64,000 bases of DNA from Squalus acanthias (taxonomy: Eukaryota), in the NCBI GenBank assembly GCA_030390025.1, contig CM059433.1, forward strand, positions 23,624,001 through 23,688,000, written 5' to 3'. This document shows positions 22,230 through 35,428 of this stretch, in pieces. Positions within the stretch are counted from its first letter, which is position 1. Each line of letters opens with the position of its first letter. Made by a program: the position numbers and the translations under genes. The notes beneath the pieces were generated by a model. It had not been told where the DNA came from. It did no database searches and saw nothing but the letters and a program-made list of their open reading frames with translations.

Positions 22230-23300
22230 TTGTTGTATGGGGAGAGCAATCCTCTTTTCCAGTCTGACTTGAGTTTGTCACAATTATTCTCATGGCTTCT
22301 GGCTCTGTAAGCACAGATTAAGTTATGGGCCTGCTTCCATCCACATTACCGTGGCCCTGCAGCATTCTAAAGCCTGGATTGTAACCACTCTCAATTTTAG
22401 CAACCTGTCCTCATCACTTTCAAATCTTGGTGCGATCAGCAAATTTTCCAATCTCAAAAAGTATCCCCTCCCCCATGTAATGTTTGACTAATGTTAACAT
22501 AAGAGACTGAAAACAAACCTCAATAAAACTCTGCCAATTACTGTTCCCTCGACAGTGAGGCTAATTTTCAATCCAGCTTGACTACTTCCTAAAAACAGAA
22601 AATGCTGGCAACGCTCAGCAGGTCAGGCACCGTTAACCTGAAACATTAACCCTACCTCCCTTTCTCCACAGATGCTGCCTGACCCGCTGAGCGTTGCCAG
22701 CATTTTCTGTTTTTATTTCAGATTTCCTGCTCGAGCGGTATTTTGCTTTTTGTTAAGTAATTTGCTATTCGGTCCGCGAGCCTTTATATGTTCTTTAATA
22801 GCCTCAGATGTGGAATGCGTACCAAAAATCCGAGTAAATTGTATTCAAAAAATAGTCTTCATCCAACTGATTCAATTACCTTCTCAAACAATTCCAGTGG
22901 ATTCATGAGCTGTGACCTATTGCTTCGAAAACCGACACTAACTGCTCCTTGTGGCTCCTTTCTTCTTTAGATGAACATCAATAACATCCAATAAAAGCAT
23001 TTTCCTCACCACCAGTGTTAGAATACCCCAGCTATAATTTTCTGATTCATGTTTTTTTTGAATACTTAGATTTGATTCACCATTCTCCACATTTACGGAG
23101 CCCCGGAATATACTAATCAAATCCTTGCCTATTATCTCACCAATTGGCTTGAGGATGCTAAGGGGTAATTTTCCACTTTTGAATTCCTGACGCAGAGCAG
23201 AGCAAATCAGAATATTAGCCATGGAGGATAGCGAGCCTGTTATTCAAAACTGTTCTGGTCGCCCATTGCGAGATTTCTCTGGCAATCGAAAACAAGCCCT
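22230..23300 (-). pseudogene. Heavily degraded CR1 ORF2
   Basis: Minus strand retains 'GFRSNRS..NPLELFEKV' and 'IPHLRLLK..IKARG', with many stops. Confidence 0.6.
22590..22752 (+). mobile_element. Penelope-like pLTR remnant with short inverted 5' copy
   Basis: 22591-22629 is the reverse complement of 22676-22714 (1 mismatch). Same family as ~54090-54160, 58921-59020 and 62413-62540. Confidence 0.75.
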
Positions 23301-23585
23301 TTGCCTGGGTTTGTGCTGACGGTGTTTGTGGCAAACTCCAGTTGGTATAAGATCCCATCGCACTATTCAATGAAGAGCAGGGGCAGTTCTCACAGTGCTC
23401 TGGCCGATACTTACGGTGCCCTCTTCCTGACTTGTAGTGATGTTGTTGTCCTAGTGGCATTGGGTTACTCCATTCGTCCATTTCAAAATAGTCCTGTTAC
23501 TCAGCCCACCATTTTCCTTCTACTTCATGCCAGGAGTTCAAAATGGAAGGGTTATTCTCTAGTGTGCATCGTCTGCAGACACTTA

Positions 23586-23734
23586 GGGGATGAAACTTAT
23601 CTTCAGTAGTAGCGCAATCTAGCCCATTTACACCCCGCGTGATTTCCTTTTCCATTGACTTCGGCGGTGTAAAATAGGCAGCCCATTCACTATCGTCCAT
23701 TTTGTGCTATCGCTGAAGATCAATTTCATCCCCC
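23586..23734. mobile_element. Tourist-like (Harbinger) MITE
   Basis: TIR GGGGATGAAACTTATCTTCAG / CTGAAGATCAATTTCATCCCC with TTA on both sides. Confidence 0.85.
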
Positions 23735-24479
23735 TTAGATTTTTAAAGGTGGGAGGAAAAGTAGAAAATGTTATCAAAAGGCAAAGATTTCTGGGGCATT
23801 AAATATAAAAGCAAGGAAGTCACGTTGAATTTCTACAAGACTTTGGTTTGGTCACAGTTGGAGGAGAGCCTGCAGTTCAGGGCACCCTATTATTGGAAGG
23901 ATATTAAAATCACGCAAGAGGGACAGTAGCAATTCTCTAGAATGATACCAGCAATGAGTTTACAGTTGTGAAGAGAGGCTCAAAAACCTGGAATCTTTTT
24001 TACTGGGATTAAATGCAGGATTTCAAAATTATGAAAGTGTTTGAGAGGGTAGATGGTGAAAGATTGTTTTCATTGTTTGATGAGTTGGCATTCAGAGCAT
24101 AAACTCAGGATTATCAGGAATAAAGGGCAAAGTTAGAAGATTTTTTTTCATGCACTGAGGTATTAATTGGGAGCAGCAGCCCTGGCTGATTTTTTTCCTT
24201 CCCTTGCCGAGGAGTACTTAAACCAATCATTGCAACGAGTGCCCTAGCTGAAAGCAGCAAGCTTAGCACAGACCAAGATCAAACCTGGGTCTTCCTCAGC
24301 TTTATATCCGCAATTCCACACTCGGCAATGTGGGGTGAAGGACATGTTGGGAGCAAGGAGGTGGGGAAGTAGTGATTGGGGAGGGGATGAGAATGGAACT
24401 GCTGACCGCCACATTTTCCTTCCAGCCCTCATCGCAAATGTAGCTTGCAGCCCCCAGCAAACGCAGGCCGTGTCCCCTG

Positions 24480-26060
24480 GTTCTCCCTTTAGAATCCTAA
24501 AAGCAGCAATTATATCACCTCTCAACCTTCTCTTTTCTAGTGAGAACATACCCAATTTATATAATTGCTCCTCATAATCCAATCCCTCCATCCCCTTAAT
24601 CATTTTGGTTGCTCTTTTCTGTAACCTTTTAATAGCTGCGATATCTTTATTGTACTGCAGCGACCAGAACTGTACACAATACTAAGTGCGGTCACACTAA
24701 TGATTTATTAAGTGGCAGGATTACTTCACAATTTTAGCTCAATACTGACCTTTCAATACATCCCAACATCTGATTTGCTTTACTCACTGTCATTGAGCAT
24801 TGTTGTGATAGCTTCAATCTATTGTCAATCAGGACCTCCAGATCTCTCATTTTCTATGCACATTGGGCAGGGTTTTGCTGTCAGTGGCAAATGAACTACA
24901 CTAGCCGTTCATTACACTTACACTTGCCGTCATACTTTCTGTGGGCTTTTACACTGCGACTTGCAGTAATTAGAGAGCCAAAACAGCGCGGTGCCCACTA
25001 CAGGGCATCTGGGACCTGTGTGAACAGGGCAAGGAACTGTGTGTCTCCTTAACCAATCAGATTGAAGAATTGTTAATGAGCAGCGCAGGAACTGTCAGTT
25101 AGAATATTTAATTCAATGTCAAATCAGGTACAGAAAGCAAAATAAAGAAAGGGAAAGAAAGATGGGATTAAAAGAGATAAAGAGACAAAGAAAAAGTAAA
25201 AAACAAATTTATTTAAATTTTTTAATTTTTAAAAATCTCCAACAATAATTAAAATCGCAAGTAATGAGACTCCACACTTGTAACAATTAATTTTCAGGTT
25301 GTTTGGCAGTAATTAAGACTTACCATGCTGTTAAAAATTCACTTACACTTGAATGAACAAGCCCTAACTTTTTCTGCCGGGTTTAGTGGGTATTTAGTGG
25401 GTAAGTATCGCAATTTCACACCGTTCCATGTATTTGAGTGCCAAGTCTCTCGGCAAGCTACCGGTGTAGTGAAGCTTCTGAAGGAGCAAGGCAACTCGGA
25501 CCGCAACTTCATGATTTCCGTGTTTAACTGCATGGTCGACGAAAGTTCCTGTCCAATTTACTTCTTAATAACGGTGAGTATTGATAGCCTCACCGTTATG
25601 CCTACCTCAAAAATCCGGGCCATTATTTTCTTTCCATTAAACAAATAGTCACTTCCTGGATTTTTGTCCCCATGTGAAGCACTTTGCATTTCTCTACATT
25701 TGCCACTTGTCTGCCCAATTCCCAAGTACATTCAAATCCTCCTGTTGCTTATTCTGTTCAGCTTTGGAGTCTGCCACCTTCATTAGCTTTGTATTATCTG
25801 CAAATTTAGCAATTGTGCTTGTGACTCCTAGCTCCAGATGACACTACCCTTAGGGTTCGATTGGTCAACCAATTATGAAACCATTGTAAAATATTTCCAC
25901 TGATTCCCACTTTCTTTATTTTCAGTACCAGCCTTTTCAGAGGAACTGTATCAAAGACTTTACTAAAATCTAAGTACACCACATCCACTGCCTTACCCTT
26001 ATCAAGCTCCTTTCTCACACCCTGAAAGAAAATCAGTAAGTTAGATTGGAAAGACCTTCC
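24480..26060 (-). mobile_element. Degraded CR1 fragment, interrupted by a TIR element
   Basis: DVVYLDFSKVFDTVP and LGMFSLEKRRLRGD on the minus strand. Confidence 0.8.
24865..25621. mobile_element. Non-autonomous TIR element with 3-bp TSD
   Basis: ATT duplicated at 24862-24864 and 25622-25624. Termini GGGCAGGGTTTTG / CAAAAATCCGGGCC. Confidence 0.7.
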
Positions 26061-26908
26061 CTTCCTTCAATTCGCACTTCCAGCAATTTGCGGCGCAAAA
26101 ATAGTTGCAGCTGAAGAGTGAGGAAAAAATCCAATAAATGCTTTATAAAGCGATCATTATACGTTTAATTAGCGTCAGCAAATATTGCATAACTGATCTA
26201 GTCATAATTCCCTCCTGTATCAAAAACATTTAATCATGTTCTGAAGCACTCCTGACTCATTCTAATGTTGCAAATATTAGCATTAGGCCAGTATAGCACC
26301 GGGTATATAGTAAATCACACAGTGTCTAACTGAGTGACGTGACTGAGGCCCCTGACTGAATAATTAAGTAAGGTGGTGGAACATAAAGGAAGGGGGGTGG
26401 GTATTGCATTTTAGGGCTTCATAGTTTTGTGTAACTTCCCACTGTTCTGTGTTCATTAACTACAACTGCTGCGTAGTCCCGGATGGAAAAGATCCATAAA
26501 AATATATAGCTACTTTTTGATATGTCCTTTCAGGAATTCTAATATCTAAATGGTTGACACAATGTCAATGTTACAATTTTGAATCCTTTTAAAACAGTTT
26601 AATCAAAGAAACAGACTATGCTCTTTGCTTCTAGATCAAAAGTTTACTGATTTAAATTGCTAATAGATGGACAAATGTAAATACCAGGGACTTACTGTAA
26701 CTTGAGCCAGCTAATGTGTGCCCGGTGTAAATCTCTGGTTATACCTCAGCTCACAGACCCAGTTATCTGGAAACATGTCAACGGAACATATCATCACACA
26801 TATAAATGGATGTTTCCAGTGCAAGGCTGTGAATCCAATTGAAATCCACACTTGTATAAATATATTTGTCTGGACACTTGTAGCATTGTCAGTTGTATTT
26901 AAGAATAT

Positions 26909-27380
26909 AAAAAAAGAAAGACTTGCATTTATATAGTGCCTTTCACGATCTCAGAACGTCCCGAAGCACTTTACAGCCAATGAAATACTTTGTGAAGTAT
27001 AGTCACTGTTGTAATATAGGAAACGCGACAACCAATTTTGCGCACAGCTTGCTCCCGCAAAACAGCAATGTGATAATGACCAGTTAACCTGTTTTAGTGA
27101 TGTTGATTGAGGGATAAATATTGGCCAGAACACCAGGGTAACTCCCCTAGCTCTTCTTCGAAATAGTGCCATGGGATCTTTTACGTCCACCTGAGAGAAT
27201 AGACGGGACCTCGGTTTAACGTCTCATCCAAAAGATGGCACCTCCGACAGTGCAGCGCTCCCTCAGTACTGCCCTGGAGTGTCAGCCTAGATTTTTGTGC
27301 TCAAGTCTCTGGAGTGGGACTTGAACCCATAATCTTCTGACTCAGAGGTGAGGGTGCTATCAACTGAGCCACAGCTGACA
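26909..27380 (-). mobile_element. Full-length tRNA-derived Deu-domain SINE
   Basis: A and B boxes (TGGCTCAGTTG, GGTTCAAGTCC), core gatgagacgttaaaccgagg...gatcccatggcactatttcgaagaagag, and L2-type tail GGCACTATATAAATGCAAGTCTTTC. Confidence 0.9.
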
Positions 27381-27384
27381 CTAT

Positions 27385-27949
27385 GGGGGAATGTTAACAT
27401 GGATGAGTGGGTGGGAGTGGGTGCGGATGGGGGGTTAAATGGGAAAAATATCGAAGCGTATCGGGAAGCCGGCTCCAACCCGCCAACTACTGGGTTTTAC
27501 TGAGGCGGGACAAGGAGTGGGCAGCCAATCTGCTCCCAGGAGGTAGGTTGGCATTTTAAATATGTTAATGAGGCGACTACAGTGAGGCGAGGACAGCCTC
27601 AGGGAGCATGCCTTGTGGGCCAGTAGGATCAGGAGAGCTTCCTGCCGGCCCCCAAGCTCCCCCACCATCAAACTCCCCCCACTACAAACTCCCCCCTGGG
27701 ACCGGACCGCCCCCCGGGTTCGGGGATCGGGTCTACCTGGTCTTGCAGCTTCCTCCAGAATGTCCCCACCCAACTGGAAGCCAAGCCTATCATTCAGGCT
27801 GACTTCCGGGCGGGGAAACTGTCAATGACGATAGACACATGCTGTGGAGTGAAATCTCCAGAGCATGCGGGGAAACTCAGACTTCCGGCATTCCCGTGCT
27901 CTAACGGACCGCCCTGCTCCCAGCGCATCGGGAAGGAAAAATTCCCCCC
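27385..27949. mobile_element. Non-autonomous Harbinger-type TIR element
   Basis: TAT duplicated at 27382-27384 and 27950-27952. Termini GGGGGAAT / ATTCCCCC. Confidence 0.75.
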
Positions 27950-28708
27950 TATATAATAATATAGTCACCTGAAACCCTGACTTCAGAAGAAGTATAGAGT
28001 TAAAAGCAGGTCTGCAAGACAGTACTGAGTTTTTGCAATTACTGGTGGTGAATCAGACAGAAGAGTTAGTTTAACTCCCTAAGTGAGGGTGATGATTGGG
28101 TACGTTATGTTATATCAATATTGAAAGTGGTACGAGAAGGATATATTGAATTTTCCTGGCTTGTAATGAGTACTTTGCTTTTCAGAACTAAAAAAAAAAC
28201 CTATTATGTTTAATTAGAATAAATTTTTGAAAAGTGTAAGTGCCTATTTCTCTCGATGATTTCTGAATTATAGATTGTACTTGTAGTATTTGCTGGAAGT
28301 TTGAGTTTCATATCTCTATTTAATTTAAAATACCCATTTAATCATTTTAGTCTGTGAAACCTGGGGGTGGTGTAGGCTTGAATTTCCTCAGAGCTTCTCC
28401 CGCTTTGCTGCCATAACTTTGGCGGAATAAATCCTGTTTACGAATGTAAGTGAAGTTTCCGTCAAAGTTACAGCAGCAGAACAGGAGAAGTTCCAATGAA
28501 GCTCACCCCCTGGTCTCAGCTTAATATCCACCAACTCATAATGTGTTTAGTAACAGTGCAATATTGCAATTAATGCAGTCAGTAGATTACTACCAATAAG
28601 GTTGTTTTTAAACATTGGGTCGCGCAACTTTGTAAGGGTTTTTTTTAAATTTTCATCTCAATTTAGTTTGGTAAACTAAGCTCCTTTAATACCATCAGCA
28701 TACACAAA

Positions 28709-29554
28709 GGGCTGGATTTTGTGAATGGAGGCGAGTTGGAGGCGGGACAGCTGCTTGTCGTGTCAATGTCCCGCCTCCATCCTCGCCTGACCAACCAGAG
28801 GGATTTTCCTCTGATTGAGCTTGTTAAGCCCGCCCTGCGGGCTCAGCAGGCCAATTAGGGAGGAAGTCACTGACAGAGCACGTCAACGTCAGACGTGCTA
28901 TCTGTCAAGACTTCTTGAAAGAAGAAATGTCAACATTTGACAGCTCTGTGAAGCTGTCAAACGCTGACATTCTCTTTAGTTTGATGAGTCCTTGTGTTGA
29001 GGACTCATCAAACCGTTCAAATTTGTAAATTTCACATGGCTATTGGTTCGGAGGTTCCATCAGCTATTCTGTGAAATTGACAAGGAGGATGTCAGCTCTC
29101 CCAATCCACCGCGGCTAAAGGCTGTAGGAAGAAAACAAGGTAAGTGAACACTTTTTTAAACTTATCACTCACCTTGCATACTTACCACTCCACACTTGCA
29201 CCCATCACTCACCTCTACGCCTTACTTCCAGGTGCCTCCGACCACCGCAGACCTCCTCCACGTCTCCTCCAACCCGGCGGGGTTCTCCGAGGTCGGGAAG
29301 CCTTCACCTGTGAAGGTAAAATGGCACTAATCCTTTTTTCTGCCTGATAACTACCTGTTAACAGGCAGTTAAAAGGATTAAATGCCTTTCCTGCCTCCAG
29401 GAGACGGGACCCGAAGCTGCACATCTTCCCGCCTCCTGGCAAAAGGGCATGGAGGCGGGATGGGGGCAGCTTTGCCATCCGCCCCCACTTTCTCCAGGTT
29501 TACCAGCTGTCCCGCCTCCATGCCTGCCTCCTCGGGGCTTGGAAAATCCAGCCC
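28709..29554. mobile_element. Intact non-autonomous Harbinger-type TIR element
   Basis: Perfect 12-bp TIR GGGCTGGATTTT / AAAATCCAGCCC. Second copy at 2839-6191. Confidence 0.9.
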
Positions 29555-30844
29555 ATTGAGTTGAAAACCAGCTGCACTTAGAAATCGTGTCTTAGCCTAA
29601 CTCTATACAAATGTTGTGAGGACTAGTACTTGGTTAGCTCCAGGTAGTTGGTTTGGGGGAGGAGCCAAGCTATACAATTCAAACACAAACATGCTGACAC
29701 TGAATTTTCACGAGATTCTCCCAATATCCTGGTGTTTTTAGCTATTTTAGCCATATACGTCATTTCTCTGCAAGTAATGCCGATCTCCCGCTTAAAGACT
29801 TCAGCAGAAATTCCAAGCAACTGTATGATTTGTTCAGGCAATGTCTGATGGGTAGCACCTTATGTATTTGGCTGGTAGTTATTCAAATCCACAAGCCCTG
29901 GTAATTGTTTTCAGAGAGTATTAGTTTGAAATGTTCAAATCAGGGAGGTGATCTGGGACTCTCTAAGAGATTACTTGATGCCACATCACTCTGGTAGTTG
30001 GTAAGAATATAAGAAACGATTAACTACATTGATGAAGGTTAATTATGACATATATTTGTTTAGAGATTGTAATCATTTAGTATTTTCCTTATTCAAGGAG
30101 TTATAAGCTAACATCTGTTCTATATGTGTATATATTATTAAAAATCTTGTATAAGGCATGCGCCTCCTGACTGCAAACATTACTTTCTGTGACACATTTC
30201 ATGGTAGGAAAACCATACCATAAATATTTATAGTGGGAAAACTGGATGTAAACATTTTATAATGGGAAACCACATATAAATAATTGGCTGTAATTGTTAG
30301 CTGAGGAAACAATCAAATCATTTAAACTGCTTTTCCAAATATGTTTCCTCCACTATGCTTTTCTCAGTAACTGACATTTCTAATGTCCAAAATAAGGTTA
30401 CAAACAAAATAAAAATTTCAGAGCAATTATATATTTCCCAATAATGTGATTAAATTTACTCATTGAATTTATTTTATGTCTTTTAGTACCTCCATTAAAG
30501 CTTTTATGCCAAGACCTCAGACTGTGTCAAAAGCCTAGGCTACAACTGGATATTTTTACCTCACAACAGAGCATTCAACCACATTCCCACATGGTCAGCA
30601 TGAGCACTTTGGAGAATTTCCAACATGCAATCTTTGCATCAACTGGCCCTGAAGTGTACAAAAATGTATCCCCTCGCACTATGAGGATTGAAGAGTTTTT
30701 TTATTTTTCCAAGAGACTTTGAAGGAGACTGGCGATTGCAGAAGAGAATTCAAAGTTTTATTTCAGACAAGTGATTTAATAAAAGTTGTTTTCTATTATG
30801 AATTTTTCAGACAGACACCACCTGTGACCAGCAACACCTGAGGC

Positions 30845-32220
30845 TAATATCTATTGTCGGGAAATTGCTAGAGTCTATAATTAAGGATAGGGTGACTGAA
30901 CACCTCAAAATTTTTCAGTTGATCAGAGAGAGCCAGCATGGATTTGTGAAAGGTAGGTCATGCCTGACAAACCTGATTGAATTTTTTGAGGAGGTGACTA
31001 AAGTAGTGGACAGGGGAATGTCTATGGATGTTATTTATATGGACTTCAAGAAGGTATTTGATAAAGTCTCACAAAAGAGACTGTTAACTAAGGTAGAAGC
31101 CCATGGAATTGAGGGCAAATTATTGACCTGGTTAGGAAATTGGCTGAGTGGCAGGAGACAGGCAGTAGGGATAATGGGTAGGTACTCAAATTGGCAGGAT
31201 GTAACTAGTGGTGTCCCGCAGAGATCTGTGTTAGGGCCTCAACTATTCACAGTATTTATTAACAACTTAGATAATGGCAAAGAAAGTCATATATCCAAAT
31301 TTGCTGATGACACAAAGATAGGTGGCATTGTAGGCAGTGTAGATGAGGGTATAAAATTACAAAAGGATATCGACAGATTAAGTGAATGGGCAAAAATGTG
31401 GCAAATGGATTTCAATGTAAGCAAATGTGAGGTCATCCACTTTGGACCTAAAAGGGATAGAACAGGGTACTTTCTAAATGGTGAAAAGCTAAAAACCGTG
31501 GAGGTCCAAAGAGATTTGGGGGACCAGGTACAAAGATTATTAAAATGTCATGAACAGGTACAGAAAGTAATCAAAAAGGCTAATGGAATGCTGGCCTTTA
31601 TATCTAGAGGACTAGAATACAAGGGGGTAGAAGTTATGCTGCAGCTATACAAAACCCTGGTTAGAACACACCTGGAGTTCTGTGAGCAGTTCTGGGCACC
31701 AGACCTTAGGAAGGATATATTGGCCTTGGAGGAAGTGCAGCGTAGGTTTACCAGAATGATACCTGGACTTCAAGGGTTAAGTTACGAAGAGAGATTACAC
31801 AAATTAGGGTTGTATTCTCTCAAATTTAGATGGTTAAGGAGTGATCTGATTGAAGTTTTCAAGATATTAAGGGGAACAGATAGGGTAGATAGAGAAACTA
31901 TTTCTGCTGGTTGGGGATTCTAGGACTAGGGGGAATAGTCTAAAAATTAGAGCCAGACTTTTCAGGAGTGAAATTAGGAAACACTTCTACACACAAAGGG
32001 TGGTAGAAGTTTGGAACTCTCTTCTGCAAACGGCAATTGATGCTAGATCAATTGTTAATTTTAAATCAGAGATTGATAGTTTTTTGTTAACCAAAGGTAT
32101 TAAGGGATATGGGCCAAAGGCAGGTAAATGGAGTTAGGTCACAGATCAGCCATGATCTCATTGAATGGTGGAACAGGCTTGAGGGGCTGAATGGCCTACT
32201 CCTGTCCTATGTTCCTATAT
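30845..32220 (+). mobile_element. 5'-truncated CR1 LINE (352-aa RT remnant at 30865-31923)
   Basis: SQHGF, YMDFKK.FDK, GVPQ.SVLGP and FADD motifs, followed by a CR1 3' UTR. Confidence 0.95.
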
Positions 32221-33534
32221 TCAGAGCACCTGTGATCGGGATTTCTTTATTGATGGTTGGAAAAAAAGAAAGCAGACTTTTTAGTCACTCATCTCCATGT
32301 GTTTTCAATTTTAAAAATCTCTTTGAAACCATTTTCAAGGCTGTTTATTAGGTTAAAAACTTGGAAACTGCATAAGCAATGAACTTTTGAATATTTTGAG
32401 GTATATTTTGTTTGTTTATGGATATTTGTGTATATTAAAGACAATGGGCCAAAGATTTTCAGGCTGTAAGTGCTAGGATGTTCCCGCTGGTGACTTGCAT
32501 GAAGAGGCCCCAACCAAAATGGCGACAAGTGGGAACTGCAGAGGCGGGGGTGGGGGGGCGGGGGTGCAAGTGCATCGTCATAACTTTTGGGGCGCTACTG
32601 GGGGACATCGATGAGGCAGCAGAAAATCTGTAATGTACTGACAGGCCTTCCACGCACACTGTCCACAATTGCAGAGAGAATGGAAGAGTCCAGCTCAAGC
32701 ATGAGTGGGTTGATGTCACAGGGCATTGTGAAGATGTTTTCTTCCACGGATAGAGAGGCCAACTCCATGGAACTTCAATCGTGGCAATCAAACGAGTCCA
32801 TGCTGGCCTTGACCACGGCCATGCAGACTCTCGATGCCAACATGTCTGGAGCCTTAAATAGGACAGATACCTTAGCCATGGTCTTACAGCGCGTTATTGA
32901 TCTGCACCAAGCTGCTCTCCAGCAGAGCGGTAGGAGTGAAGTGCAGCTGGCCCATGAGAGGGATGATAGCGAAAGAGGACATGGAAGTGGGAACTCCACT
33001 CAAAGCACACCCACTTCTCACTTGTTGCTCTACTTCCCCTGCACCCCCCCCCCCCCCCACCCCCGCTCCCCAGCCAGTACCCGACATTATGCCAGCTCTC
33101 CCAATGGTCGAGTCTGCCCCTGCACAGGTGCAGGTGGAGCAGTTTTTGGCGAGGCCCTCACAGGTTCCAACACCCAGAGATCGTCGGCCAAGAGCATCTC
33201 AACTGTCAGAGCAGGGATCTGAGCCGCCTGCCTCTACCTCTGCTGAAGCCACAGGGGTTGCACCGTGTAGGAGAGTAGGAAAAGGAAGAGTAAAGCTTTG
33301 TAGTTCATCAAGTGTTTGCACATAGGTGTTTGACAAAATGTTATCTTGTTAAGCTTCCGTTGTTTAGTAGAATCACATAAACTTTGTACCACTTTCCCGT
33401 GTTACCCATTCCTGGTTGCTGGGTGACAACGTACGTTTTCAATTGCTTGTTGATGAATGGGAAGACATAATTTGATGGGAACCAATGGGGGGGATGTGCA
33501 ATGGGTTGGTTATAGGACTGCTTTAACTAGCAGT

Positions 33535-34040
33535 TTAGAGGGAGTGCAATGAAGGTTTACCAGACTGATTCCTGGGATGGGGCGATTGTCCTATGAGAAG
33601 AGATTGAGTAGACTAGGCCTATATTCCATGGAATTTAGAAGAATGAAAGGTGATCTCATTGAAACATATAAAATTCTTAAGGGGCTTGACAGGGTAAATG
33701 CTGGAGAATGTTTCCCCTGGCTGGGGAGTCTAGAACCAGGGGTCACAGTCTCAGAATAAGGGGTCGACCATTTAGGTCTGAGATGAGGAGAAATTTCTTC
33801 ACTCAGAGGGTGGTGAATCTTTGGAATTCTCTACCCCAGAGGGCTGTGGAGGCTCAGTCATTGAGTATATTCAAGACAGAGATTGATAGATTTTTGGTTA
33901 TTAAGGGAATCAAGGGATATGGGGATAGTGCAGGAAAGTGGAGTTGAGGTAGAAGATCAGCCATGATTTTATTGAATGGCGGAGCAGGCTCGAAGGGCCG
34001 AATGGCGTACTCCTGCTCCTATTTCTTATGTTCTTATGTT
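33535..34040 (+). mobile_element. CR1 3' fragment
   Basis: LGLYSMEFRRMKGDLIETYK and RGHSLR, followed by the 3' UTR and TTCTTATG tail. Confidence 0.92.
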
Positions 34041-34044
34041 TATA

Positions 34045-35189
34045 TCAATGGGATTGGGGGCGGGGGGGAGGAGAGTGGCCATTGGGATGTTTGTTACATC
34101 TGTCCATCTCTTCCTGCTTCTCCCCCTCTTCACTGGATTTGTCAGCATATAATGTGTACTCAGTGCCTTGTTCCTCCTGCAGCTCCAACCCTTGCTGCTG
34201 CGCAATGTTGTGCAGAGCGCAGCACACCACGATTATCCTGGACACCCTAGCTGACAAGTACTGAATGGCATCTGTCCAGGCACCTGAAGCACATCTTGAC
34301 CACGCCGATCCCTTATTTAGTAACACATCTGGTGGTCATATGGCTGTCATTGTACCGCTCTTGAGCTTTATTGGAAGGGTTCCTCACGGGTGTCATCGGC
34401 CAAGTTTGAAGGGGGTATCCTTAAGTCTGTTTGCAGGTCCAAAGAGGTCGAGGAGCTTGGACTGCCGCAGAATGAAATCATCATGGCAGCTCCACGGGAA
34501 TCTGGCGCACACCTGCATAAATCGTTTTCTTGTGGTTGCACACCAGCTGAACATTGATGGAATGAAATCCCTTGCGTTTACAAATGCTCCTGGTTGATCT
34601 GGGGGTGCACAGATTGCCACATGTGTGCAGTCGGTGACACCCTGCACCTGTGGGAAGCCAGCCAGAGACGCAAACCTGAGCGCCCGCTCATTCTGACTAG
34701 TGTCATCACAGGCGAAGTTGACATAATTGCCGGCCCTGGCAAACAACCCATCATTGACCTGTCTTATGCATTTGTGGGCCGCCGACTGGGAGATCCTGTA
34801 TATGTTTCTGGCAGTGCCCTGGAAGGATCCGGAAGCAAAAAAGTTGAGGGCGGTGGACACTTTCACAGTCACTGGTAAAGCGTGGCCACCAGCTCCAGCA
34901 AGGAGCAAGTCTTCTTCTAGGAGGCTGCAGATGTCTGCCACCACCTGACATGACAATCTCATCCTATGGAAGCACTGCTCTTCCGAGAGGTCAAGAAGCT
35001 CAGCCTCTTCCTGTACACCCTGTTACGTGGGTAGTGCCTCCTGCGACCTTGACCCCTCTGCTGCTCCCCTCGCTGCTGCTGCCACCCTCTCTGCTGACCA
35101 CCTGCAGGTCCCTCCACAGCAGACTGCTGCTGATGGTCCCCTTGCACCTTGTCCCAAGTCCAATCTAAGGCAGCCATGGCGCTACCCAT
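34045..35189 (-). pseudogene. Harbinger DDE transposase (HARBI1-like), frameshifted
   Basis: RRRHYPRNRVYR, ALNFFASGSFQ, AGFPQVQGVTDCTHVAI, FPWSCHDDFIL and IIVVCCALHNIA. Confidence 0.92.
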
Positions 35190-35428
35190 CCTGATCTTGA
35201 GTCTCAATAACTCCAGTCCACAAATTAGCCTCTCAACTCAAAGAACTCTTAACAAACCCTTTTTCAGTGGGAGCTAAACAAACAGCTGTGAGCACTGAGT
35301 ATTTATTGATGTCGTATTTCTGACTTTTAATGAGCCTCATAAATTGCCGTTCAGCCTTCTCGTCTTTGTTTCAATGGTGAGTTTCAGGAAGCCCGGGAAA
35401 CACATGCATGTCATGTTAAATTTATATC

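Noticed and set aside
22938..23481. Protein-like minus-strand ORFs of 94 and 88 aa
   Set aside because: They run into recognisable degraded CR1 RT sequence and are best explained as LINE decay.
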